Shown: positions 8,947-18,247 of the stretch, one piece after another
How positions within the stretch are numbered: the first letter of the stretch is position 1
How the letters are laid out: each line of letters begins with the position of its first letter
Source: Tabrizicola sp.
GTDB lineage: Bacteria; Pseudomonadota; Alphaproteobacteria; Rhodobacterales; Rhodobacteraceae
Length of the DNA stretch: 64,000 nt
Reading direction: 5' to 3' (one strand)
NCBI RefSeq assembly: GCF_965284335.1
Contig: NZ_OZ260076.1
Notes under the pieces: model-generated
Databases searched by the model: none
Seen by the model: only the letters and a program-made list of their open reading frames with translations
What the model was told of the DNA's origin: nothing
Position numbers and translations under genes: made by a program

Positions 8947-9020
8947 CAAGATGACGCCCCCTTCCCCTTTGCGCCCAATCGGTGTATCGCCCCTCCCTTG
9001 AACCGGACCGGAGAATTCCC

Positions 9021-9812
9021 ATGCAGGGCAGCGCCAACCTCAACCTGATGATCAAAGCCGCGCGGCGCGCGGGCAAATCTTTGGTCAAGGACTTCCGCGA
9101 GGTGGAAAACCTGCAAGTCTCAAGCAAGGGGCCGGGCGATTTCGTGACCAAAGCCGACCGCGAGGCGGAGCGGCTGATCAAAGAAGATCTGATGGGCGCG
9201 CGCCCGACCTATGGCTGGCTGGGCGAGGAAACCGGCGGCGCCGATGGGGCCGACCCCACCCGCCGCTGGATTGTCGATCCTTTGGATGGCACCACCAATT
9301 TCCTGCACGGCATGCCGCATTGGGCGATTTCTATCGCGCTGGAGCATAAGGGCGAGATCGTCTCGGCCGTGGTCTATGATCCGGCCAAGGATGAGATGTT
9401 CTGGGCCGAAAAGGGCGCGGGCGCTTGGCTGAATGACAACCGCCGCCTGCGTGTCTCGGGCCGCCGGTCGATGTCAGAGGCGGTCTTTGCCACGGGCGTG
9501 CCTTTTGGGGCCAAGAAAACCCTGCCCGCCACATTGGCCGACCTTGCCCGGCTGATGCCCGCCTGTGCCGGCGTGCGGCGCTGGGGCGCGGCCTCGCTGG
9601 ATCTGGCTTTTGTCGCCGCAGGCCGCTTTGACGGCTATTGGGAGCGCGAATTGCACGCTTGGGACATTGCCGCCGGGCTTTTGCTGGTGAAAGAGGCCGG
9701 TGGCATGGTCGCACCTGTGCGCGAAGGCGATGATATTTTGGCAGATGGTACGATTTTGTGCGCCAATGAGCCTTTGTTCGAAGGCTTTGCCAAAATCATT
9801 CGCAACGCCTGA
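9021..9812 (+). CDS. suhB: inositol monophosphatase family protein (SuhB-like)
   Basis: 'GEE', 'WIVDPLDGTTNF', 'WDIAAG' motifs. GGAG lies upstream of the ATG at 9021. Confidence 0.9.
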   Translation: MQGSANLNLMIKAARRAGKSLVKDFREVENLQVSSKGPGDFVTKADREAERLIKEDLMGARPTYGWLGEETGGADGADPTRRWIVDPLDGTTNFLHGMPHWAISIALEHKGEIVSAVVYDPAKDEMFWAEKGAGAWLNDNRRLRVSGRRSMSEAVFATGVPFGAKKTLPATLADLARLMPACAGVRRWGAASLDLAFVAAGRFDGYWERELHAWDIAAGLLLVKEAGGMVAPVREGDDILADGTILCANEPLFEGFAKIIRNA

Positions 9813-9858
9813 GACGCATTTCTTTGCAGGAATTCGACTGGAGCTTGACAGCTCCAGA

Positions 9859-9881
9859 ACGATTTTTCGACGAAAAATCGT
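9859..9881. repeat. perfect palindrome ACGATTTTTCG-A-CGAAAAATCGT (copy 1 of a recurrent palindrome), flanked by two other hairpins between convergent genes
   Basis: Read directly. 10-11 bp arms around one central base. Neighbouring hairpins are CTGGAGCT/AGCTCCAG (about 9838-9857) and GTGGCCC/GGGCCAC (about 9881-9898). Confidence 0.9.
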
Positions 9882-9903
9882 GGCCCGCGTGGGGCCACGC
9901 GCG

Positions 9904-10647
9904 CTATCGTCGTGGAATGCGTGGGATCGACGATTTTGACAGTCGATATTCCGCCTCAGGATGCGGCGGATGGCCATCGGTGCGTCGCCAATAGTCTTTG
10001 CCGCCCCGGCGCAAAAACGCAGGCAAGGCCAGCGCAAGCCCCCCGGCAAATCCCCCCGCATGGGCCCAATAGGCCACACCGCCCCCATCTGCCGGCATCG
10101 ACATGCCGCTGAAGATTTGCAGCGCGAACCAAAGCCCCAGCACGATCCAGGCCGGAATGGCGAAGATGCGGAAGAAGATCACAAAGATGAACAGCACATC
10201 GACCCGCGCCCGAGGAAAGAGCAGAAGATAGCCCCCCATCACCCCGGCAATCGCGCCCGAGGCCCCGACCATGGGAATGGGCGAAAACGGGTCCATCGCC
10301 ACCTGCGCAAAGGCCGCCGCAAGACCCGACAGCAGATAAAAGAGCAAAAAGCCGCCATGGCCCATCTCATCTTCAAGATTGTCGCCATAGATCCATAAAA
10401 ACAGCATGTTGCCGAGGATATGCATCCAGCCCGCATGCAGGAACATCGAGGTAACAAGCGTCGAGACCCCCTGCCCCCGCATCAGGTTTTCCGGCACCAG
10501 ACCCCAGCTGTAAAAGAAGGAATTGAGCTGTGATTCAGACGGGATCGTCAGCCAATAAGACAGGAACACCGCCGCATTAATGGCGATCAGCGCAAAGGTC
10601 ACATAGGGCGTCCGGCCTGACGGGTTATGATCGCGGATCGGTAACAT
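9904..10647 (-). CDS. rhomboid-family intramembrane serine protease
   Basis: 'HAGWMHILGNMLFL' (H-x3-N), catalytic 'GASGAIAGVMGGY', downstream 'AHAGGF'. ATG at 10647 ('MLPIRDHNP'). Confidence 0.9.
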   Translation of the reverse strand: MLPIRDHNPSGRTPYVTFALIAINAAVFLSYWLTIPSESQLNSFFYSWGLVPENLMRGQGVSTLVTSMFLHAGWMHILGNMLFLWIYGDNLEDEMGHGGFLLFYLLSGLAAAFAQVAMDPFSPIPMVGASGAIAGVMGGYLLLFPRARVDVLFIFVIFFRIFAIPAWIVLGLWFALQIFSGMSMPADGGGVAYWAHAGGFAGGLALALPAFLRRGGKDYWRRTDGHPPHPEAEYRLSKSSIPRIPRR

Positions 10648-10740
10648 GGGTTGAGAGTTTCCGATGCCCGCGCTGGCGTCAAGCGGGGAAAGGGGGGCTG
10701 TCTGCCCCCCTGACCGTCTTTGCCGGGGCAAAGACGGCCT

Positions 10741-10772
10741 CCCCCCGAGGATGTTTCCGCCACATTGAAGGC
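10741..10772 (-). repeat. 32-nt GC-rich repeat, family B (copy abutting the putA stop)
   Basis: The reverse complement GCCTTCAATGTGGCGGAAACATCCTCGGGGGG matches 17601-17632 at 29 of 32 positions. GC hairpins follow at about 10683-10740. Confidence 0.85.
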
Positions 10773-10773
10773 C

Positions 10774-13700
10774 TTAGCCGTTCGAGACCTCGGCCAAGAG
10801 CTGGGCATTGCCGCCCGAAGCGGTTGTGTCGATGCAGACATGACGTTCCAGCGTCGCATGGCCCTTGTCGGGCAGCGTGCCGATCAGCGCGAGAATCGGA
10901 CCCTTGCGGGCGGCAAGGGCGCGGGCGCGGATACGGGCGCCTTCGCTGTCGCCCCACCACAAGGCGCCGGAAAAGCCGTCAAGCCGCGTCAGGGCCGCTG
11001 GGTCAAGGCCCGGGGCCTCGATCGCGTGGCCGCCGAGCGCGCGGATGGCTTCGGCCTGGGCCAGCGCTGTCGTGGCCGAGGGGCCAAGGCAGAGAACCGG
11101 GGCGCGCGGCACAAAGGTCAGGCGGTTCGATTCCCCCGTCGGCCCCGGCAGCACAAGCGCCTCGGCCGGATGGGCGGTGACGCGGTCAAGCCGCAGGCTG
11201 GCGGCGACCTCGGCTTCGGGCGTCTGGCGGTCCTCTGCGCCTGCGGCGGGGGTTGCCGGGCGGGTAAAGCGGTGCAGGTATTCCGGCCCGCCCGCCTTGG
11301 GCCCGGTGCCCGAAAGCCCTTCGCCGCCAAAGGGTTGGCTGCCCACCACCGCGCCGATCTGGTTGCGGTTGACATAAGTATTGCCCACGGCAAGCGCATC
11401 GACCACCGCCTGCACCCGGTCATCAATCCGGGTGTGCAGGCCGAAGGTCAGGCCATAGCCCGTGGCATTGACCGCCTTGACCACGGCATCAATCTCGGAG
11501 GCCTTGAAGGTGGCGACATGCAGGACGGGGCCGAAGATTTCACGCGCCATATCCTGAATGCCGCTGACGCGGATCACGGTGGGGCCGATGAAGGTTCCCG
11601 CCTTGGGCGCGGGCATCTCTTTCAGCACCCTGCCCTCGGCGCGGGCCTTGGCGATATAGTCGGCGATGCCAGCTTGTGCCTCGGCGTCGATCACCGGGCC
11701 CACATCGGTGACTAGATCTGCCGGATCGCCCAGCGCGAGTTCGTCCATCGCGCCGTAGAGCATGTCGAGGGTGTGCTCGGCCACATCCTCTTGCAGGTAA
11801 AGGCAGCGCAGCGCCGAGCAGCGCTGGCCCGCCGACTGGAACGACGAGGCCAGCACATCGCGCACCGCCTGTTCGGGAAGCGCAGTGCTGTCCACCATCA
11901 TCGCGTTCAGACCGCCGGTTTCGGCAATCAGCGGCGCGGTCGGATCGGCATGCTCGGCCATGGCGGCGCGGATCAAAAGCGCCACCTCGGTCGAGCCGGT
12001 GAAGGCCACGCCCTTCACGCGCGGATCGCGCGTGAGCGCCGCGCCCACCTGACCATCGCCGGGCAGAAGTTGCAGGGCCGTGGGCGGAACGCCCGCCTGA
12101 TGCAAAAGCTGCACCGCCAGATGGGCGATGAGCGGGGTCTGTTCGGCTGGCTTGGCGACAACCGCATTGCCCGCCGCCAGCGCAGCCCCGATCTGGCCCG
12201 AGAAGATGGCCAAGGGGAAGTTCCACGGGCTGATGCAGGCAAAGACCCCGCGCGCGGGGTTTTGCAGCGCCGCCGCGCCATCGGCGTAATAGCGCAGGAA
12301 ATCCACTGCCTCGCGCAGTTCGGCCACGGCATCGGCGGCAGTTTTGCCTGCCTCGCGCGCCAAAAGCGCAAAGATCGGGCCGAAGTTTTCTTCATAAAGA
12401 TCGGCGGCGCGGCGCAACACCGTGGCACGTTCCGGCGCGGCAGCGGCCCAAGGTTCGGCCAGCCGCAGCGCGGTGTCGACATCGGCCGGGCTTGCTGTCA
12501 GCACATGGCCCACAAGCGCGCCGGTCGCGGGGTTTGTCACCTCAAGCCGCAGCGCACCGGCGCGTGCGCCTGCGATGAGTGGCGAAGCCTCGAAGAGCCG
12601 CGCCATATGCGGCGCGCGGGCGGCCTCGATCGCCTCAAGATCGGCGGCATCGGTCAGATCAAAGCCGCGCGCGTTTTGCCGGGTGCCAAAGAGGCCCGGC
12701 CCGGTCAGGATGGCGGGGCTGGCGATGGGGTGGATCGCCTCCATCGCATCCATCGGACAGGCCGCGACGCGTTCGGGCGCGACCTCTTCGTTCACGATCT
12801 GGTTGACGAAGGAGGAATTCGCGCCGTTCTCCAAAAGTCGCCGCACCAGATAGGCCAGAAGGTCGCGATGCGCGCCCACGGGCGCATAGATGCGGCAGCG
12901 CGTGCCGTTGTCCTCAAGCACGATGTCATGCAGCCGCTCACCCATCCCATGCAGGCGCTGGAACTCGAAGGCGCGCTTGTCGGTCGCCATGTCCAGAATG
13001 GCGGCAACCGTATGGGCGTTGTGGGTGGCAAACTGCGGATAGATGCGGTCGGTCATCGCCAAAAGCTTTTTGGCATTGGCGATATAACTCACATCGGTCG
13101 CCTGCTTGCGGGTAAAGACCGGGAAGGACGCCAGCCCCAGAACCTGCGCCCGCTTTACCTCGGCGTCCCAATAGGCGCCTTTCACCAGCCGCACCATGAT
13201 CTTGCGGTCGAGCTTTTCGGCCAGCGCATAAAGCCAGTCGATCACAGCACCTGCGCGGCGGCCATAGGCCTGCACCACCACGCCAAAGCCATCCCAGCCC
13301 TTCAGCGCGGGATCGGCCAGCACCGCCTCGATCACCTCGAGCGATAGCGCCAGACGGTCGGCCTCTTCGGCGTCGATGTTGAAGCCAAGGCCCGCCGCCT
13401 TGGCCAGACCCGCCAGCGCGCGGACGCGGGGGACGAGTTCCTCCATCACGCGGGCGCGCTTGGCCACCTCATAGCGCGGATGCAGGGCCGAGAGTTTCAC
13501 CGAAATGCCGGGGTTGGTGCGGATGTCGCCGGTGGTGGCGGCTGCGGCAATCGCGGTGATCGCCTTGGAATAGGCAAGGTGATAGCGGCGTGCGTCGGCC
13601 TCGGTCCGCGCCGCCTCGCCCAGCATGTCATAGCTGTAGGTATAGCCCCGCGCCTCCAGCTCACGCGCGCGTTTCATCGCCAGATCAATGGTTTCGCCCA

Positions 13701-14208
13701 AGACAAAGTTGCGCCCCATCTCCTTCATGGCGCGGGAGACGGCGGTGCGGATCACCGGCTCACCCAGCCGTTTGACGGCCGCTTTCAGATGGCCAACCAC
13801 CCCCGGCTCACGGTCCTCAAGCACCTTGCCCGTCAGCATCAAGGCCCAGGTGGAGGCGTTGACAAGGCTAGAGGCCGAATGGCCCAGATGCTTGCCCCAG
13901 TCGGAAGGCGCGATCTTGTCCTCGATCAACGCATCCATCGTCTCGGCGTCCGGCACGCGCAACAGCGCCTCGGCCAGACACATCAGCGCGATGCCCTCAT
14001 CGGTGGACAGGCCATATTCGGCCAGAAACACCTCCATCAGGCCGGGCTTTACGCTGGCCCGGATGCGGCGCACCAGATCGGCCCCGGCGGCGGTGATGCG
14101 GGCGCGCGCCGCCGCATCCAGCCCCGCCTCGGCGATCAGCGATTGCACAAGGGCGGCCTCATCGCGCAGCGACTGGCGGTCGATGATCTCCCAAGCGGTG
14201 TCCGACAT
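10774..14208 (-). CDS. putA: bifunctional proline dehydrogenase / L-glutamate-gamma-semialdehyde (P5C) dehydrogenase
   Basis: 1144 aa. N-terminal PRODH region. ALDH motifs 'FTGSTEV', 'ETGGLNAMMVD', catalytic 'GQRCSALR'. Divergent from an Lrp-type regulator. Confidence 0.95.
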   Translation of the reverse strand: MSDTAWEIIDRQSLRDEAALVQSLIAEAGLDAAARARITAAGADLVRRIRASVKPGLMEVFLAEYGLSTDEGIALMCLAEALLRVPDAETMDALIEDKIAPSDWGKHLGHSASSLVNASTWALMLTGKVLEDREPGVVGHLKAAVKRLGEPVIRTAVSRAMKEMGRNFVLGETIDLAMKRARELEARGYTYSYDMLGEAARTEADARRYHLAYSKAITAIAAAATTGDIRTNPGISVKLSALHPRYEVAKRARVMEELVPRVRALAGLAKAAGLGFNIDAEEADRLALSLEVIEAVLADPALKGWDGFGVVVQAYGRRAGAVIDWLYALAEKLDRKIMVRLVKGAYWDAEVKRAQVLGLASFPVFTRKQATDVSYIANAKKLLAMTDRIYPQFATHNAHTVAAILDMATDKRAFEFQRLHGMGERLHDIVLEDNGTRCRIYAPVGAHRDLLAYLVRRLLENGANSSFVNQIVNEEVAPERVAACPMDAMEAIHPIASPAILTGPGLFGTRQNARGFDLTDAADLEAIEAARAPHMARLFEASPLIAGARAGALRLEVTNPATGALVGHVLTASPADVDTALRLAEPWAAAAPERATVLRRAADLYEENFGPIFALLAREAGKTAADAVAELREAVDFLRYYADGAAALQNPARGVFACISPWNFPLAIFSGQIGAALAAGNAVVAKPAEQTPLIAHLAVQLLHQAGVPPTALQLLPGDGQVGAALTRDPRVKGVAFTGSTEVALLIRAAMAEHADPTAPLIAETGGLNAMMVDSTALPEQAVRDVLASSFQSAGQRCSALRCLYLQEDVAEHTLDMLYGAMDELALGDPADLVTDVGPVIDAEAQAGIADYIAKARAEGRVLKEMPAPKAGTFIGPTVIRVSGIQDMAREIFGPVLHVATFKASEIDAVVKAVNATGYGLTFGLHTRIDDRVQAVVDALAVGNTYVNRNQIGAVVGSQPFGGEGLSGTGPKAGGPEYLHRFTRPATPAAGAEDRQTPEAEVAASLRLDRVTAHPAEALVLPGPTGESNRLTFVPRAPVLCLGPSATTALAQAEAIRALGGHAIEAPGLDPAALTRLDGFSGALWWGDSEGARIRARALAARKGPILALIGTLPDKGHATLERHVCIDTTASGGNAQLLAEVSNG

Positions 14209-14337
14209 GATGGGCTCCTGAAGCTGGCCGCAATAATGGCCTGTTAATTTGCCCCATGATAGCGCAGGTTTGACAGGCTGTTCGCCTTAAAGTATCCCCG
14301 CTCGCAGCCAAAAGCTTTGCAAATGAAGGAAACCACC

Positions 14338-14799
14338 ATGCCAATCGCCCGCGTTGAGTTGGACCGTTTTGACGACGCCATTTTGCGAGTTCTGGCGGTG
14401 GAAGGCCGGATAAGCGCCACAGAACTCGCCCGCCGCATTGGCCTGTCAAAATCCCCCACCCAAGCACGGATGAAACGGCTGGAAGATGCGGGCGTCATCA
14501 CCGGCTACCGCGCCAATCTGGACCCAATCCGCATGGGGCTTGCCCATGTCGCCTTTGTCGAGGTGCGGCTTTCCGACACCCGCGAGGCGGCACTTCAGGC
14601 CTTTAACAAGGCCGTCATGGCGGTACCAGAGGTGGAACAATGCCACATGATCGCCAGCCGCTTTGACTATCTGTTAAAGGTCCGCACCGCCGATATCCAA
14701 GATTACCGCCGCGTTCTGGCCGAACATATCAGCGCCCTGCCCCATGTGGCCAGCACCTCGACCTATGTCGCGATGGAGGCGGTGAAAGAGATTTTCTAA
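14338..14799 (+). CDS. putR: Lrp/AsnC-family transcriptional regulator, PutR-like
   Basis: 'LDRFDDAILRVLAVEGRISATELARRIGLSKSPTQARMKRLE' HTH plus a C-terminal RAM-like domain. AAGGAA lies 6 nt before the ATG at 14338; alternative starts at 14317 and 14323. Confidence 0.8.
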   Translation: MPIARVELDRFDDAILRVLAVEGRISATELARRIGLSKSPTQARMKRLEDAGVITGYRANLDPIRMGLAHVAFVEVRLSDTREAALQAFNKAVMAVPEVEQCHMIASRFDYLLKVRTADIQDYRRVLAEHISALPHVASTSTYVAMEAVKEIF

Positions 14800-14827
14800 C
14801 CGCAGCACCCGGGCCATGCCCCGCGCC

Positions 14828-15205
14828 TTAGCTGCCGCGATAGGTGGAATAGGCAAAGGGGCTGATCAGCAAGGGCACATGGTAATGCTGGGAGGCATCC
14901 GGCACGCCAAAACGAATGGGGATTTCGTCAAGGAAAAGGGTGCCCTCGCCCGCCTGCCCCGTTGCCCGCAGATAGGCACCCGCGTGAAAGACCAGCTCAT
15001 AAACCCCGGCCAGCAGCGCATCCCCCGCCAGCATCGGCGCATCCGTGCGGCCATCTTGGTTGGTGACCACCTCTTTGATCTTGCGCCGCAGGTCACCTTC
15101 TAGCGCGAAAAGCACAATGCGCACCCCCGCTGCAGGCTTGCCACGCGCGGTGTCCAACACATGCGTCGAAAGACGCCCCCCCGCAACTGCCGATCCTGCC
15201 ATCAT
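14828..15205 (-). CDS. uraH: 5-hydroxyisourate hydrolase (transthyretin-like)
   Basis: 'LSTHVLDT..GKPAAGV' N-terminus and diagnostic C-terminal 'YSTYRGS'. AGGAGG precedes the ATG at 15205. Confidence 0.9.
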   Translation of the reverse strand: MMAGSAVAGGRLSTHVLDTARGKPAAGVRIVLFALEGDLRRKIKEVVTNQDGRTDAPMLAGDALLAGVYELVFHAGAYLRATGQAGEGTLFLDEIPIRFGVPDASQHYHVPLLISPFAYSTYRGS

Positions 15206-15344
15206 CGCCTCCTGATCTTTGCCCAACCCTAGCGCATCGGCGCCCCCGCGTGACCCGCCCCTGCGCCATAGGTCTTTCAGCGATAATTTGATAAACCCTT
15301 TCGCAATTCACGAATAGTCTTACCCAACTTGGATGGAGGCCCTG

Positions 15345-16760
15345 ATGCACCGTTACCCCCGCGATTTCCGAGGCCACGGGCCGAATGCGCCGGATGCCGC
15401 ATGGCCGGGGGGGGCCAAGATCGCCGTGTCGATCGTGCTGAACTACGAAGAAGGTGGCGAAAACAACCTTCTGCACGGCGATGCCCAGTCCGAAGCGTTT
15501 CTCTCCGACATCGCCGGCGCCGCCCCTTGGCCGGGGATGCGGCACTGGAACATGGAATCGATCTACGACTACGGCGCGCGCGCAGGCTTCTGGCGCCTGC
15601 ACCGATTTTTCGTCGAAAAATCGATCCCGGTCACCGTTTATGGCGTGACATCCGCCTTGGCGCGCAACCCCGAACAGGTGGCCGCCATGAAAGAGGCCGG
15701 CTGGGAGATTGCCAGCCACGGGCTGAAATGGGTCGATCACCGTGATATGGACCCCGCCGAAGAGGCGGCCCAGATCGCCGAAAGCTTCCGCCTGCATGAA
15801 GAGGTGGTCGGCTGCCCGCCCACCGGCTGGTATACCGGGCGGTGCTCGATGAACACGGTGCGGCTCACGGCGGAAACCCGGCGTCTGGCCTGGATTTCCG
15901 ACACCTATGATGATGACCTGCCCTATTGGATGGAACTCGGCGAGCATGACCAACTGGTCATCCCTTACACGCTTGAGGCCAACGACATGCGCTTTGCCAC
16001 GGCCCCCGGCTACATCACCGGCGAGCAGTTCTTCCAATACCTGAAAGACAGTTTCGACACGCTTTACGCCGAAGGCGCGGCGGGTAGCGCCAAGATGTTT
16101 TCCATCGGCTTGCACAACCGCCTGATCGGGCGGCCGGGCAAGTTCGCGGGGCTCAAGCGCTTCCTCGACTATGCAAAATCGCACGACGGTGTCTGGTTCC
16201 CCCGCCGCCTCGACATTGCCGAACATTGGCGAAAAACCCATCCGCACAAGCGCTTCGAGCGGCCTTCTCAGATGACGCGCGACCGCTTTGTCGCCCGCTT
16301 TGGCTCCATTTTCGAACATTCCCCCTGGATCGCCGAACGCGCCTTTGATCTGGAACTTGGCCCCGCGCATGACTCTGCCTCCGGCCTGCACAACGCGCTC
16401 GCCCGCATGTTCCGCACCGCCACGGCCGAAGAACGCCTCGGCGTCCTGCGCGCCCACCCCGATCTTGCGGGCAAGCTCGCGGCGGCCAAACGGCTGACGC
16501 CCGAAAGCACGCAAGAACAGGCCTCCGCCGCCCTTGATGCCCTGACCGACGCCGAACGCGCCACCTTCCAGCGGCTGAACGCCGACTATGTCGCCAAACA
16601 CGGCTTTCCCTTCATCATCGCCGTGCGCGACAACACCAAGGACACGATCCTTGCCGCCTTCCACGCCCGGATCGGCAATGACACCACCACCGAATTCGCC
16701 ACCGCCTGCGCGGCAGTCGAACGCATCGCCGAACTGCGCCTGAAGGACCAATTGCCATGA
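15345..16760 (+). CDS. puuE: fused PuuE-type allantoinase (polysaccharide-deacetylase fold) / OHCU decarboxylase
   Basis: N-terminal half 'YPRDFRGHGPN..WPGGAKIAVSIVLNYEEGGE' (PuuE-like). C-terminal third 'FGSIFEHSPWIAERAF', 'LRAHPDLAGK', 'GFPFIIAVR' (OHCU decarboxylase). GGAGG lies 5 nt before the ATG at 15345. Confidence 0.85.
   Translation: MHRYPRDFRGHGPNAPDAAWPGGAKIAVSIVLNYEEGGENNLLHGDAQSEAFLSDIAGAAPWPGMRHWNMESIYDYGARAGFWRLHRFFVEKSIPVTVYGVTSALARNPEQVAAMKEAGWEIASHGLKWVDHRDMDPAEEAAQIAESFRLHEEVVGCPPTGWYTGRCSMNTVRLTAETRRLAWISDTYDDDLPYWMELGEHDQLVIPYTLEANDMRFATAPGYITGEQFFQYLKDSFDTLYAEGAAGSAKMFSIGLHNRLIGRPGKFAGLKRFLDYAKSHDGVWFPRRLDIAEHWRKTHPHKRFERPSQMTRDRFVARFGSIFEHSPWIAERAFDLELGPAHDSASGLHNALARMFRTATAEERLGVLRAHPDLAGKLAAAKRLTPESTQEQASAALDALTDAERATFQRLNADYVAKHGFPFIIAVRDNTKDTILAAFHARIGNDTTTEFATACAAVERIAELRLKDQLP
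15603..15623. repeat. perfect palindrome CGATTTTTCG-T-CGAAAAATCG (copy 2), located inside the puuE coding sequence
   Basis: Read directly. Both 10-bp arms are identical to the copy at 9860-9880. It encodes 'RFFVEKSI'. Confidence 0.9.
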
Positions 16761-17599
16761 GCCCCTATTTCGCCCCCAAAGGCGGATTGCCGCCACAAAC
16801 CGCCCTGATGACCGGCCGCGCGGTCTTTACCAATGCCTATGCCGTGATCCCCCGGGGATGCTTTTCCGACATCGTCACCAGCCACCTGCCCGGCTGGACC
16901 GGCACGCGTCTCTGGCTTATCGCGCGCCCTATGTCCGGCTTTGCCGAAACCTTCAGCCAATATGTGATGGAGGTGCAGCCCGGCCATGGCTCCGACACGC
17001 CAGACCCCGACACAGGCGTCGAGCATTGGCTGTTCTTCACCGACGGGCTGGCCACGCTCACCATCGACGGCACCGGCTATGAGATGGACGCCGGTGGCTA
17101 CGCCTATATCCCGGCCGGCAGCCGCTGGCGGCTTTTGGCCGAAGGGGCGACACCGGCCCGCTTTCACTGGCTGCGCAAGCTTTACGAACCCGCCCCCGGA
17201 CTTGCCAAACCTGCCCCCCTTGTCACCAATGAACGCGACCTGCCCATCCGCTGGATGCCCGACACTCAGGACCGCTGGGGCACCACCCGCTTTGTCGAAC
17301 CAGACGATCTGCGCCACGACGCCCATGTCAACATCGTCACCTTTGAACCCGGCGGCGTGATCCCATTTGAAGAAACCCATGTCATGGAACACGGGCTTTA
17401 CGTGCTCGAGGGCAAGGCGGTCTACAAGCTCAACCAAGACTGGGTCGAGGTCGAGGCAGGTGATTTCATGTGGCTGCGCGCCTATTGCCCACAAGCTTGC
17501 TATGCCGCCGGGCCGGGACGCTTCCGCTATCTTCTTTACAAAGACGTCCACCGCCACGCCAGCTTGCGCGGCCCCGGCGCCTATCGGCCCAGCCGCTGA
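16757..17599 (+). CDS. allE: (S)-ureidoglycine aminohydrolase-like bicupin
   Basis: About 280 aa with a two-cupin architecture. 'YFAPKGGLPPQT' N-terminus. ATGA overlap with puuE-uraD, within the ureide cluster. Confidence 0.7.
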   Translation: MSPYFAPKGGLPPQTALMTGRAVFTNAYAVIPRGCFSDIVTSHLPGWTGTRLWLIARPMSGFAETFSQYVMEVQPGHGSDTPDPDTGVEHWLFFTDGLATLTIDGTGYEMDAGGYAYIPAGSRWRLLAEGATPARFHWLRKLYEPAPGLAKPAPLVTNERDLPIRWMPDTQDRWGTTRFVEPDDLRHDAHVNIVTFEPGGVIPFEETHVMEHGLYVLEGKAVYKLNQDWVEVEAGDFMWLRAYCPQACYAAGPGRFRYLLYKDVHRHASLRGPGAYRPSR

Positions 17600-17600
17600 T

Positions 17601-17632
17601 GCCTTCAATGTGGCTCAAATATCCTCGGGGGG
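17601..17632 (+). repeat. 32-nt GC-rich repeat, family B (copy abutting the allE stop)
   Basis: GCCTTCAATGTGGCTCAAATATCCTCGGGGGG, followed by the hairpin CCGGGGGGCG-AC-GCGCCCCCGG. It has the same position and orientation relative to a stop codon as the putA copy. Confidence 0.85.
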
Positions 17633-17681
17633 TCCGGGGGGCGACGCGCCCCCGGGGCTTGCATCCTGCGAAAGGCCAGCC

Positions 17682-18167
17682 ATGCAAATCCTGACGGCCC
17701 ACCCCCTCACCGGCGCCGCTTTCGCCCCCTTCGGCGATGTGCTCGAGGCTGCGGGCGAATTCCGCCTCATCAATGAGGGGCTTTGCCAGCGCCACCACGA
17801 TCTGGCGCGGCTCGATTTTGGGCCAGATGGCCGCGCGGGCATTTCGATCTTCAATGCCACGCCCCGCGCCCTGCCCTATGACTTCACCCTGCTCGAGCGC
17901 CACCCCGAGGGATCGCAGGCTTTTGTGCCGATGTCACAGCAGCCGTTTTTGGTGATCGTCGCCCCGGATATGGGCGGCATCCCCGGCACGCCCTTGGCTT
18001 TTGTCACCAATGGCGCGCAAGCCATCAACCTGCACCGCGGCACTTGGCACGGGGTGCTGACGCCCCTGCACACGCCGGGGCTTTTTGCCGTGATCGACCG
18101 CATCGGCCAAACGCCAAACCTTGAAGAATACCGCCACCCCACGGGCTGGCGGGTGATCGGGCCCTAG
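17682..18167 (+). CDS. allA: ureidoglycolate lyase
   Basis: 'MQILTAHPLTGAAFAPFGDVL', 'INEGLCQRHHDLA', 'ERHPEGSQAFVP', 'HRGTWH'. ATG at 17682. Confidence 0.8.
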   Translation: MQILTAHPLTGAAFAPFGDVLEAAGEFRLINEGLCQRHHDLARLDFGPDGRAGISIFNATPRALPYDFTLLERHPEGSQAFVPMSQQPFLVIVAPDMGGIPGTPLAFVTNGAQAINLHRGTWHGVLTPLHTPGLFAVIDRIGQTPNLEEYRHPTGWRVIGP

Positions 18168-18247
18168 GGCCCCAAACCTAACCGGATCGCGCCCAAGGGG
18201 CGGTGCGAAGACGGCGCGAACAAAACAGCCCCCAGGGAAGCGAAGAC

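Noticed and set aside
8947-9020. Possible 'suhB' alphaproteobacterial RNA motif / C-rich anti-SD-type sRNA near the suhB 5' end (the CCCCUCCC tract).
   Set aside because: I cannot recall the motif consensus well enough to match it. A single C-rich tract is insufficient; this needs an Rfam scan.
15093-16796. A very long minus-strand ORF (567 aa) and similar long ORFs at 11773-13347 (+), 16586-17608 (-), 18164-19669 (-), 19882-21243 (+), 43328-44806 (-), 45334-46713 (-), 51586-53058 (+) and 59459-61135 (-).
   Set aside because: Each lies antisense to, or out of frame with, an ORF carrying unambiguous family motifs. Their translations are Arg/Gly/His/Pro/Ala-rich low-complexity strings with no motifs. 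This is the expected shadow-ORF artefact of high-GC DNA.
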